A stretch of DNA of 63,968 nucleotides, filler included, from Lenisia limosa (taxonomy: Eukaryota > Protista > Breviatea): NCBI GenBank assembly GCA_001655205.1. It is 14 parts of 14 records of this genome, joined end to end, with 100 filler letters (N's around TTAATTAATTAA, not from the genome) between each part and the next. Parts side by side here need not be neighbours in the genome. Positions count along the whole stretch, not along the records: positions 6,772 to 16,413 come from LPNZ01009427.1; positions 16,514 to 21,995 come from LPNZ01002657.1; positions 22,096 to 36,432 come from LPNZ01011212.1; 11 more parts are not named here. One strand, given 5' to 3'. Made by a program: the position numbers and the translations under genes. Position 1 is the first letter of the stretch, and each line of letters starts with the position of its first letter. This document shows positions 12,901 to 25,100 of the stretch, piece after piece. The notes below the pieces were generated by a model, which worked only from the letters and a program-made list of their open reading frames with translations, searched no databases and was not told the origin of the DNA.

Positions 12901-15900
12901 ACTGGCCTGGAAACGCATCACTGCAGCACGACTGGTTGGGGGAGGGGGGGTGAACCATTGTTTTATGTCAGTAGCTCTTAAGCCAAATGTTCTTGAAGGT
13001 TTATTTCCTTCAGTATAAGGCTTATTTCCTTTTAGGCTGTCAAGAAGATCGGAGTCGAAGCTTCTGAAGCCTTCAGAATNNNNNNNNNNNNNNNNNNNNN
13101 NNNNNNNNNNNNNNNNNNNNNNNNNNNNNNNNNNNNNNNNNNNNNNNNNNNNNNNNNNNNNNNNNNNNNNNNNNNNNNNNNNNNNNNNNNNNNNNNNNNN
13201 NNNNNNNNNNNNNNNNNNNNNNNNNNNNNNNNNNAGAGTATTTGAATCAAGCTAAAATACCTAAGGCAATTGCGTGAATTAATACTATACTATACTATAT
13301 TAATCCAATTTCTCTTATAAGCGTGATGGTGTGGACGCCTTCGACCAGATGCAACCTTATTTTTTATTTCTCATTTCTATACAATAATACCTCTATCCAA
13401 TGGCCAAATTTATCCCTTTCAAGCACTCCATTACTCAAATTTCAATCTCAATTTATCTCAAAATCGAGACCTAACTCTTGTGATGAGAACAAGAATAAGT
13501 ACCCCGCCACCATCCCCTCACCCCAATAGCCGGAGACTTCGCTGGTTGTTCCGCGAGTGGCAGGAGAGCGAGTATCAGTCACACTATTCGCAGCACATCC
13601 GCTCAATGGCCAACAAGCACGCTGTCTCTGTAGGTGGCAGAGTGAAATTGGACAATTTATGAAACAAATAATAATAAAAAAAAAACCAACTGACAACACA
13701 CAATGGTTGATAACAACAAAATAAACAATAATGGTCAATCTCTGCTCTTTCTCACTTATATTCTATTATGGTAAATACACACTGTCTCCGCAGGGGGAGG
13801 GGGTGGGTTTCGATCGCTTCGTTCTGTTATTATTCTTTTCATTCACTACCACTCTGTGTCGTTGTAGCGTCTCTATTTTTTCCCCTTAACAACTCCTAGA
13901 CCTCCTTCAAAGAATGGCACAATGTTACAAAAGAGGAAAAACAGAGTAGGGAGAAGGGATATTGTGACTCTGAGATTTCTTTCCATACGAATTTACATTT
14001 AGCAAATAGTATTTGTTTGTGGGGGGCTCATTATACATCTTATGGAGTCATTATTGCGTGTAATTGTCCTTTTCACTGGGATGCGGTGCTGCAGAAGCGT
14101 GGTCTTCTTTTGTTTTTTTGTTATCAACCCTCTGTGTGTTGTCAGCCAACGGAGTTGATTTGGGCTTTTTTGTTTCATAAATTTTTCAATTTTACCCCCC
14201 CCCCCCGCAGTCCACGACTCGGTTGAGGCTATGCGTTCGGCCCTATNNNNNNNNNNNNNNNNNNNNNNNNNNNNNNNNNNNNNNNNNNNNNNNNNNNNNN
14301 NNNNNNNNNNNNNNNNNNNNGTAAGTGTACCGTCCGACAAAATTCCTGTTGTTGATACTGCTGTCAAGGCTGTCCGAACGATCTCGTCCCTTCCCGTATG
14401 AGGCTTCAATGATTAAAGTGCTCCATCTTCCCCGTCCTCCTTGGAAACCCTATCCCCGCTATTGAGTTGATTATTTTATTTTTTTTTTCCAATAAATTTT
14501 TCCATTTTACTCAAAGTGTTATTAGCCAACAGTTGNNNNNNNNNNNNNNNNNNNNNNNNNNNNNNNNNNNNNNNNNNNNNNNNNNNNNNNNNNNNNNNNN
14601 NNNNNNNNNNNNNNNNNNNNNNNNNNNNNNNNNNNNNNNNNNNNNNNNNNNNNNNNNNNNNNNNNNNNNNNNNNNNNNNNNNNNNNNNNNNNNNNNNNNN
14701 NNNNNNNNNNNNNNNNNNNNNNNNNNNNNNNNNNNNNNNNNNNNNNNNNNNNNNNNNNNNNNNNNNNNNNNNNGGTTAGACTCAAGAATAGATTGGAGAA
14801 AGAGGAAGACGGGGGAATCATCTTATGCATATTGTTTTTAACAAGAGAACTAATATACATTAGAAATCCAGGTAGAATTAATAAATATATAGGGCAACCA
14901 TAAACAACTACCACACTCCTTGGCGTATGAGATCATTTTACATTTTATATCCCCTGTATGTCCGTTATGCTTGCGATAGTCCGGAAATACTGGGAAAAAC
15001 TATATGGAGGGGCGGCTACGAAAAGATATTCTACTCTATTACATATCGATATGATATATTATGGAACAGTTCCGTCTTTTTCTTTCTATTCCACAATGAG
15101 TCACTCAGTTCAGTTTTATTACTTCTCATTCGCTTCTAAATGGATTAGCTTCGCAATAGTAATAATGTTACCAAGAGAAAACTCCCCCTTTTCTTATTCT
15201 CCAGAACGCTGAGAGGTCTGAAGCAAGCCACGCAGCTCTCCATTGTATCCACGCAAGTTGAGCGCCGACGCAACGTTGAAGTGATGCGCCTGGCTCTGGA
15301 CTCCTGGTTGCATGCGCGTGAATGCGCTGAGCGTGATGAGTATAACCTTGAGAAGGCCGAGCTCCACTTCAGGNNNNNNNNNNNNNNNNNNNNNNNNNNN
15401 NNNNNNNNNNNNNNNNNNNNNNNNNNNNNNNNNNNNNNNNNNNNNNNNNNNNNNNNNNNNNNNNNNNNNNACTGTAAAACAAAAGGGGAGTGGACTTGAC
15501 ACAATTAGTCGCCAACTGGTCTCCAAAGTGCTTGCGGGGTGGAAGGCAACGGCAGACCACATTCACCAAGTAAATCGACTCGGAACAGGTGGGATGGTAC
15601 ATTCTAAAGCCCTTTGTACCAGGTATTTGATATCAACTTTGGGATTCAAATTACGATTCTGCTGAATATATATTATATTGAATTCCATTTCGTCCCCCTC
15701 CTCTATTCTGCTATCATAATTGTCTATTTTCGGGGATACGGTTCTGTAGAAGCGATTGGCCTGGGGCTGTGTTTGTTTTGTTGTCACCCCTGTTAGCAAC
15801 AAAATTGATTTGGGCTTTTTTTTTGCTTCATAAATTTTCAATCTCTCCCCCCATTCTGTTTTATAAATTGTCCATTTCCTCCTCCTCCACACTTTGCGTC

Positions 15901-16322
15901 CTTCTTACCCCCCTCCCCAGTTCTCTCACAACACAACACGTGCGAGCTGATGAAGAGAGCGCTCACAGTTTGGCGTATACGCATGGCCACTGCGCGTCGT
16001 CTGGAGTACATGACGACAGCCTTCAGAGCCAGGAGTGTCGAGGACCAGATCAGAGAGATCATCCGGAGATGGCATGATTTGGTGCGGAGGGAGGGGGTAT
16101 TGTGCATCTATATAAATGTATACAGTGACTGGAACAAGTCTTGACCGATTATTCTATGATTTCCCTTGGTCAAGACTTATCCCGGGCAGTGTGTAATGTG
16201 TGTGTGTGGGTCATTTCGTAAGAACCCACCCAAGATTATCTGCAACCTTTAACGTTCAGGTGGAAGAGAAGAACGCTCGTTATGAGACCCTCAGACTCAC
16301 CCTTGCCGAAGCCACTTTCGAG
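6923..16322 (+). CDS. Sfi1-repeat (centrin-binding-like) protein, more than 20 exons, partial
   Basis: Recurrent L-x3-F/L-x2-W repeats: TLRAHFEAWREH, TFAKFLRAWKNA, LQRKALTVWFRE, LSALLLAWKRI, RLRWLFREWQE, VLAGWKAT, IREIIRRWHD. Confidence 0.75.
8095..8163 (+). repeat. Family A copy ending at the acceptor AG
   Basis: CAGCCAACAGAGTTG...GGGCTTTTTGTTTCATAATTTTT...TACCCCACCCCAG then exon SWQNSIV. Confidence 0.85.
10210..10306. mobile_element. Family M2 MITE
   Basis: Imperfect TIRs GGGCATCCCTACGGTCCGAAAAAGAC / GTCTTTTTTTGGGACCGTAGGGAAACCC; TA on the left flank. Confidence 0.8.
13262..13378 (+). repeat. Family H copy, sense to host gene
   Basis: Core ATAAGCGTGATGGTGTGGACGCCTTCGACCAGATGCAACC...TTTCTCAT. 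Confidence 0.85.
13634..13727 (-). repeat. Family A copy, antisense, directly after a donor
   Basis: GTAGGTGGCAGAGTGAAATTGGACAATTTATGAAAC...CTGACAACACACAATGGTTGATAACAAC. Confidence 0.8.
14099..14210 (+). repeat. Family A copy making up an entire 112-nt intron
   Basis: GTGGTCTTCTTTTG...GTTATCAACCC...CAGCCAACGGAGTTGATTTGGGC...CAATTTTAC(C)nGCAG; splicing joins LQK and LHDSVEAMRSAL in frame. Confidence 0.8.
16123..16191. mobile_element. Family T (Tc1-like CAGTG termini) MITE, degenerate
   Basis: TA-CAGTGACTGGAACAAGTCTTGACC ... GGTCAAGACTTATCCCGGGCAGTG. Confidence 0.7.
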
Positions 16323-16739
16323 GTATGCAGAATTGTGGGTTATTATGGCTTATTGCCGTCTACACGCCTCACGTTGAGTGATAGGATGTCTTTGATTTGT
16401 TTTGTTGTAATCANNNNNNNNNNNNNNNNNNNNNNNNNNNNNNNNNNNNNNNNNNNNTTAATTAATTAANNNNNNNNNNNNNNNNNNNNNNNNNNNNNNN
16501 NNNNNNNNNNNNNCCGTCCACATCAGGGAGAAGCCGTATTACATACCCAAAGGACACCATCCCCCTTTATATACCTGAAGGAGTCACCCCCTATTAGGGC
16601 GTCCATCCGACCCAATTAATTCTCAATAAACATTGATGTTTTATCGGTCTTTTTCGGACCGTAGGAACGCCCTACCCTCCTATACATCCAGGGGAGTCAC
16701 GCACCCTCCTATACATCCAGGGGAGTCACGCACCCTCCT

Positions 16740-19700
16740 ACATATCCAGGGGCGTGACGGCGGCGGCGAGGTGTTCGAACTCGGTCATCAGGGAGTACAT
16801 AGTGACCATGACGTCGGCGGCATGAAGGACATTATGGTAGGCGTTGTTCTTGTACCCATCCGAGATCTTTGTGATCCATCGCTAAAGGGGGAGGGGGGAG
16901 TAAAATAGGAAAATTTATGAAACNNNNNNNNNNNNNNNNNNNNNNNNNNNNNNNNNNNNNNNNNNNNNNNNNNNNNNNNNNNNNNNNNNNNNNNNNNNNN
17001 NNNNNNNNNNNNNNNNNNNNNNNNNNNNNNNNNNNNNNNNNNNNNNNNNNNNNNNNNNNNNNNNNNNNNNNNNNNNNNNNNNNNNNNNNNNNNNNNNNNN
17101 NNNNNNNNNNNNNNNNNNNNNNNNNNNNNNNNNNNNNNNNNNNNNNNNNNNNNNNNNNNNNNNNNNNNNNNNNNNNNNNNNNNNNNNNNNNNNNNNNNNN
17201 NNNNNNNNNNNNNNNNNNNNNNNNNNNNNNNNNNNCCACACCATCACGCCAATAGGGATATTGGATTATAGTATAATATTAATTCACCCAATCATTTGCA
17301 TTACAACTCTGTGCACACTTTCTGCGTGCCTCCTTCGCATACCTACAATGATAAGATTCATGAATAAGAGCAATAGCACCTGCATAATAACCCAGGTTGG
17401 CACTCCTATATCCGTTTTATGGTGCATACCTCGAATTTGACCATGTTGATGGGCAGAGACTCCAAAACGTTGGACTTTTGAATCACAAACATCGTCAGCG
17501 ATATGAGGATATTGCCTAATATGGTAAGTAATACAAAAAAAATGTATCATAATAAGGCATATCATATAAAATCATCAGATAATCTTTGAGGGAATCTCAA
17601 GCAAAAGCCAAGCCACTCACCTCCTATGAAGCTAAAAAGTTCGAGGGTGGGGAACTGGAAAGATCCAACCCGGCAGAGAAGAGCGTGAATTGCCGCATGA
17701 TGCCTACATGGTAAGGCTGGCCAATAACGGTTTTTCAAAATGAAAGTCAATTATCAGCGAATGTCACTTTTTGTGGGTTATTCATTTTCACACATAAAGT
17801 TTGATACACTCAGGATAAACCTCATGTTATCTTCATCATTTTGACTCAAATATCAGCTAATATATGTAACATGATCATATCACAAGTGGATAGGGGTCAA
17901 CATGTTAAGCTTTACATGAAGCCTAGGGCTTCACTTCAGTTCCAAAAATACTGGTAAAGTATCGATAGTTTTCGAAGTTTTAACCGAAGTGAAGCCCGAT
18001 GAAGCCTCCCCCCCACTCTCCAAGAAAGTCGCACGTGTCTAATTGAGGCAATCTAGCCACTGTAGCTGACCGAGTTGATACAATATCGCTCATACTCTGG
18101 ACGGTCAAATGGAATTATGAAGTACTCCCCCCTATCAATAACAGCCACACCATGGATGGGATTGATGGGGGTGATGGGATTGATGGGGGTGATGGGGGTG
18201 ATGGTCGATTTCTAATACATGAATGTATCCGTCATATTCATAAGTATCTCAATCCCCACATTTATTAGTGTCATTAATATCAGATTATTCGTTTCAAAAT
18301 TTTCTTCTTTTCTGCTCCCCCTCCCACGCTCGAGACCGAAAAGTTGACATGTTTCTTGGTAGCGTAGTCTGCTTTAAGCCAGTTCTGGGTTTCTTTGTCG
18401 ATGTTCTGAGAGGTGGGTCACAATATAACCAAAATATACCCCCGTCAGAGAGATGAGACAGAATATTAGTGTATTTTGAGACTTTGTTATCAGAGCGCGT
18501 ATTTCCCTCCTCACGTTTTGGTCAAGTTGGTCCTCCCAGCCAGATTTCATAAGACCAGTCAAGTTGGACAGGAGTTTGATGGCCTCCTGAATGCCGCCTG
18601 GGCCTGGGGGGGGGGGGGNNNNNNNNNNNNNNNNNNNNNNNNNNNNNNNNNNNNNNNNNNNNNNNNNNNNNNNNNNNNNNNNNNNNNNNNNNNNNNNNNN
18701 NNNNNNNNNNNNNNNNNNNNNNNNNNNNNNNNNNNNNNNNNNNNNNNNNNNNNNNNNNNNNNNNNNNNNNNNNNNNNNNNNNNNNNNNNNNNNNNNNNNN
18801 NNNATGTCATAATTTTGTTCAAATCAAAACTTCAAAAAAATATTCCAAAAACAGAGATTTTATCAAACCCACCTCCTCCTTTGTTAGGCTGGTTATGAGA
18901 AATGTTCTTGAGGATAGACACGGCCTAAAATGGTCATATTGGGATAGATTAAATTAAAGAAAAAAACACCGAAAGGAATATCATGTGCGTGGAAAGCCAA
19001 ACTGTAATCCTTTTGTTTATAAAGCCATGTTGCAACCCTTTTGTTGATAAAGCCAGATTATTTATTGTCTCATTTGCTCTTTCAGGAATATTCATACTTG
19101 TGTATGTAATATATATAATAATATATATAGATATTATATGTACAGATGTGTATGTACTATTAAATATTTCATATGTGTGTATTGTGCACGCACCTTGGAC
19201 ACGGGACTGGTGTGGTCGATTTCGTTTGCAGCATCGGAGCTCTGCACTAAATTGAGCTTCTACATTGCATCGCGTGAGAATGGGGGGTGAGGGTGGTGGC
19301 TCTGATAGTACCAAATACCCAGTATGGTCAGTAACAGTTTTGTGGTATATATAGCAATGAAAAATAAAAAATAAGGTTGTATCTGGCAGATGCCGTCCAC
19401 ACCCTCACGCTTATAAGAGATATTGGATTATAGTGTAATTTCACCCAATCACTTTCCCTACAAACTTTATGTTCACAGCTTTCTGCGTATAGTATATGTA
19501 TACTATATCGATATATACTAGATGATGTTTCAAAAATGTTGTACATGTGTGCAGAGCTCGGACAAAAAGACTCTCTATCCCACTTTCTTGAGGTTTTTGG
19601 CGAACTTCTCGTTTTTCTTAAACTGCTGTTGGACATTTCGTGTTGACAAGTGAGAAACGAACACAAACACAATGCAGCCAATAATACCTGGTAATGAGTT

Positions 19701-21950
19701 AGAACGAGCAAGAACGGAATCGGCAAAAGTTGGAGTATGGTATTCGGATTACCCCTAGGGCTTCCCTGCGTCCGAAAAAGACCGTTAAACCATCGATATT
19801 TATCGAGGATTTATCGAGATATTCGCTCTTTTATTGGGAACGTAGGGAAGCCCTAATTAACCACCCCCCTCACCAAGGGCAAGAGAAAGGTAAATCACTT
19901 CAATGAGACCAGTGACAAGTTCGGACATGACAAAGTGGTCATTGACAGATACTGAAACGAACCAGTTCAGACCATCAAGCTGGATCTGGGATACCTGTGT
20001 GGTGTGACAGATGTCATGAAATGAAATACTCAGTTTTGGCATGGTAATATCCTTCTGTACCATTTTTTGCTCCTCCATGATGTGATATTGTTGATTTCAG
20101 CTGTATTATCTTGTTTTCTGCCTGCCAAGATGGTGGCTTCAAAAAATAACCAAAAAACAGCCTGGTATCTACACAAGGCTTCACTTCGGTTCGAAAAATA
20201 CCGGTTGAATATCGATAGTTTTGAAGATTTATTGAGAAATTCAGTCTTTTTATGAACCGAAGTGAAGACCAATATCTACACCTCGCTCACAGCAGTTCGC
20301 CACTTGTCACCATCATGCATGACATAATCTAAGATGGTAAAGAACGTGATTGAAAAACAGTAGTATTAAACTCATAATGGTATCAGATTGTTCAATCCAC
20401 AGCTGAACGTTTCTACACTTGCAAAAAAAAAAAAAAAAAAAAAAAANNNNNNNNNNNNNNNNNNNNNNNNNNNNNNNNNNNNNNNNNNNNNNNNNNNNNN
20501 NNNNNNNNNNNNCATAGCGACGACTCTCTGAAAGATCAGTTAATGTAGTCGGGTGAAACTATAACTAATGCCTTGGTGTGAAAAAGACTATATCGATTAT
20601 TAGGGCTTCATTTCGGTTCGAAAAACGACTGATTGTCTCAATAAATCCTCGAAAACTATCCATATTTTGCAGGTCTTTACGAAGTGAAGCCCTAATCAAA
20701 AGTCCCTCTTTTAGGAACGAAGAGAAACCCGAGCTGAAGCATCGTGTGGCAAAAGAGTTAAAAACCCCCGTGCTTGCGAAAAAAATTGAGCGGGATGACT
20801 TTTGTCAGATAACATTTGGAGGTATTTTGCGGAGTATAGCCCCCCCCCCCCGCGCAACCGGATCCGCAGAGTCGACAATATCCTTGATGGACATCACAGA
20901 AGAGTCGCCACCTTCTGGTGACGAGGACGCTGGGAGGGTCAACAGTGTAAGTGTATGAAGGGAGGAAATGGGAATCCTTTTAAAAAAGACAACATTCAGC
21001 CCTCCCCCTAACCAATGAGGTTGCCATTTTCGGTGTTTTCAGCAACAATGATCAGAAGATCGGATAGGTCAATACCTGTGTGGATTAGACGCATAATTCA
21101 ATAAACTCCTTTTGTCATGTTCCATATTACTCATCTGACTAAAGGAAAATCGAAAAAATACATGAAATGGTATCAAAAAAACATGTTTAAAACTAGCTTC
21201 CTATTCAGTGTCATGATGGCACAGATTTGAGAAAAGTTTCTACTTCCTTCATACCGAGATGTTCAAAGCTATTTTCGATACTTGACTGGACAAAAGAGAG
21301 CGGGCAGATACGGACTGAAACCCCATTGAACGTACCCCTAGAATGTTTATATTCGCTAAATCAAGTGAAATGGAAGTGATAGTTGAGAATGCACCCTAGA
21401 ATAATTATAATCACAAAATTTGAGTAAAATGGAAATGTTCCAATCCCAAAATGATAATTGAATCATACCCACTCCCCTCACGCTCGAAAGTAGGGCACAG
21501 CGACACTGGTGGTGGGAGCCACATTTCCCCCCTGGGCTGTGAACAGCTCCGTCCAAATGGGAACGTCTGAATGGGCATTACTGCCAAGCAATATCTTTGA
21601 CCAAAAAAAATAAATATACAAATTGACAAAAAAAAAAAAAGTTGAAGAAACAACAGTGTGTTTGATTTGGATGTAATGAGGCAAAGCCGTCAATACAGTC
21701 ACATTTACCAGGACTGCAACCCCCTCCCCATCTCACCCAATATCACTAAGAGTCACCCAATATCACTAAGAGTCACCCAATATCACCAAGAGTCACCCAC
21801 TATCATCAACAGTCAAAGCTGCCTTGTAGTACGCGCGTTCTCTTATGTCCAGAGTCATGTTCCCAGCAACATCACTGGAAATGCTTTGCCCATCCGAACT
21901 AAACCACCTGGAGGAGTGAGTTCTTCGATCTTTAGTGGGGAGTATGAGTA
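16740..21950 (-). CDS. Cache-domain, transmembrane, class I cyclic-nucleotide phosphodiesterase (partial)
   Basis: Cache-like LDIRERAYYKAA, PIWTELF, IIVAENTENGNLIASS and LDGLNWFVSV; TM LIEVIYLSLALGIIGCIVFVFV; PDE signature DGYKNNAYHNVLHAADV. All exons on one strand of one scaffold. Confidence 0.8.
19354..19488 (-). repeat. Family H copy, near full length, sense to host gene
   Basis: Plus strand GCAATGAAAAATAAAAAATAAGGTTGTATCTGG...CTTTCTGCGT. Confidence 0.9.
19758..19853. mobile_element. Family M2 MITE with TA TSD
   Basis: TA|GGGCTTCCCTGCGTCC ... GAACGTAGGGAAGCCC|TA, 96 bp. Confidence 0.85.
20176..20270. mobile_element. Family M1 MITE
   Basis: GGCTTCACTTCGGTTCGAAAAA ... GAACCGAAGTGAAGACC. 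Confidence 0.85.
20603..20692. mobile_element. Family M1 MITE with TA TSD
   Basis: TA|GGGCTTCATTTCGGTTCG ... CGAAGTGAAGCCC|TA; internal orientation opposite to the 20176 copy. Confidence 0.85.
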
Positions 21951-22196
21951 TGTGAGGCATGTATAGCAATGAGAAATAAGAAATAAGGCTGTATCNNNNN
22001 NNNNNNNNNNNNNNNNNNNNNNNNNNNNNNNNNNNNNNNTTAATTAATTAANNNNNNNNNNNNNNNNNNNNNNNNNNNNNNNNNNNNNNNNNNNNTTGCC
22101 AAAGTGGTTTTTCTGATTTAAAGATTCTCATATCATAGATCCCAGGCAAGGCAAAATGGAGAGGGGAGGAAGAAGCAGCAACACCCCCAGAAACCT

Positions 22197-25100
22197 GAAT
22201 TTAATCATACGAGCTCTCATTTCAACAACATCGGTGAAGTGAGCGGGAGACCTTGATGTTGTTAATGTAAGTAATGCAATGCTCTAGAAGGCAAATAACA
22301 CTACACATGATGAAAATGATCATTTCAATCAAACAACCCAGCAACGCCAATATGCCCTACCAGAGTCTCTCCGCTACAGCGCCGGACCTCGGGAAAATTC
22401 TTGGGATGACAGAGAAATCATTAATCTGTTCTCCCCATTGTCTGCGGATGTTATGTGAAATGTGGGATTGCAAATATGAATTTTAAAGCAAGGATACCCC
22501 CCCCCCCACGCAGCTCCTCCTCCAAGGAAGTTCTCTTTTTGGGCGTCAGTGAGGTCCTTGATGGTCTCCATGGGGTCGAAGACGTAGTAGTCTTCCCTGT
22601 AGTGTAAGAAAGGAATGGCCCATTTCCGTAAATAGAAGAACCGTTAGGACTAAGGTCCCGTCTGAGTAATATACTATTGAGATGAGAAACAAACGTATTA
22701 ATTGAGAAAATAGCGAGAAATTCCGTCTTTTTCGGACCAGTGAAGACCAAGACCAAATAATAATAAAACTACACCCCTCCTCACCAGACATCCAGGAGAA
22801 GATAATGCTGGTCCTGGGGGTCCGGCCGATGCTGGTCAAGATACCAGTGGCATGACGAAATGCTACGGTACCCTGCTTCCAGAGCCTACGGAGAGGGTAA
22901 ATCGCATGCGGGAAGCAAGTGGAAATTATCGGAAGTGGATGACTTGAAAACGATCAATGAAATTTGTCAGTGTGAAGAGTCAGAATACCCCCCCCCCCAC
23001 TCTCTTAATATTTGCAGGGTCACGCCAGGCATGGACCACGACGTCGTCAGAGAGTCCGATGTCTTTCGAAAATCCGTCACCCCAAATTACGACGTTGCTG
23101 TTGGTGGAGGCGAAGGACGCGGATTGAGCCAGGAACCAGCGGTAGAGCTGGGGGGGGGGGGGNNNNNNNNNNNNNNNNNNNNNNNNNNNNNNNNNNNNNN
23201 NNNNNNNNNNNNNNNNNNNNNNNNNNNNNNNNNNNNNNNNNNNNNNNNNNNNNNNNNNNNNNNNNNNNNNNTCTGTTGGCTGACAACACACAAGGGTATA
23301 ACAACAAAACAAAAAAGCCCAAGCCGGGTGGGGGGGAATATTAATTTCTCAATTTCACAGAGGCTAACTATTAATACCTATTAAATCACATCATATCTCA
23401 TATCATATATCATATACTACAATCAATTATCTCCTAAAGCATGATGGTGTTGACGGCTTCGGCCAGATACCGCATTTCGTAGTTACTCGCTAGCCTACCT
23501 CCTCAGCTGAGCTGAAATTGTTGTCTTTCATCCACTTGGCAATTTCCTCATTTTCAGTCCAACACGCTGGGGGGGGGGGGGGGGNNNNNNNNNNNNNNNN
23601 NNNNNNNNNNNNNNNNNNNNNNNNNNNNNNNNNNNNNNNNNNNNNNNNNNNNNNNNNNNNNNNNNNNNNNNNNNNNNNNNNNNNNNNNNNNNNNNACAAG
23701 AGATATCCTCTCCCTCTTACCCTTAACCACTTCGTCTCCTCCGATGTGGAACCACCCTGAAGAAAACAGCTGGCTGACTTCCTCTACAGGGGTCAGAAGA
23801 GGGGGTGTTGGAGAAAAAAACAGCCAAGATAATCAACGACATTTCGCAGTTACATGTATATTAAAGCAATATCCTGATTTCCATCTTCAACTCAATACCC
23901 CACGAATGATAGCCTTCATGATCGGAATGGTCCTCTTATCGGCAGGATTGAGCGGGATGTTAGGGAGTCGCGTGAGACGCTGGGGGCACTTTGCTGTGAT
24001 ACCCGGGTACCCCGTGCCCCATGACGCGGCGTGGCCTGATGGGTGAGGGATCACTTCGATTCGAAACCAGACAGTGTAGATTTATAGCCGAATCCATCCA
24101 CACCATCACTTTTAAAAGATATAATATAGAACAAATCCACTCATCATTTGGTTAATCATATTAAAACCACCAAATACCTGGGGTGTCAATTTCGGGGAGG
24201 ACCATGAGCCCAAGGGAGTTGGCGAAGTCAATAATCTCAGTGATCTGAAGTTGTGATTAAATTTTGCTGATAGAACAGAAGAGAAACAGAAGGGAAAAGA
24301 AGAGAAAACGAAGCGCAAAACCCACCTGTTTTTGGGTGTAAATAGCCTCGGGGGCATATGCACCCGCAGTCATATTGGGATACGAACGGATTTCGAGGGG
24401 CCAACTCTCGGCATCAACAAGATGCAAGTGCAGGACGTTATACTTCGACGCAGACATGCCCGTGATAACAGTCTGGGGGAGTAAGAATGGAGATTTATGA
24501 AAAATTAAGAAACCCAAAATCAATACTGTTGACTATCCACACACAAAGGGTTGAAAACAACAAAAACAAGCAAATCCCAGGCTAAAGCGAAGCCGTCCAC
24601 ACCATCACGCTTACAAGAGATATGCATATGAATTATTATTAATTCACTCAATCATTTGCCTTACAACTCTGTGTGTAAAGTTTTCTGCGTGCCCCCAAAC
24701 CTTAATAGAATCCAAAGAGAGGAAGTGACGAGACACATCAAGAAGCACCTCTCTGTGGGGGTGACATCATGAACTTGTATGCATATGATATTTCAAAATT
24801 GCCCACATCATCTTCCAAAAAAAGGGCTGAATACCCCAATAATTCTCAATAAATATGAAGGTCTTTTTCAAACCAGATGGGACCTAGTTCCACCCGGGTA
24901 CCTCCAGGGGAACCGGGGGGAATCCACAACATTGACGGGGGCGTTGATGACGTGGTATGTCTTAGTGGCGCTGTCGTATTGCATAAGTTGCGCCAGGGAC
25001 TGGGGGTGGGGATAAGAAAAATGGGATCCCCCTCTCCTCTCAAAAAACCCGCCATTGCACGAGGAGTCCCCAGATGAACATACTTTGCATGCATGCATGG

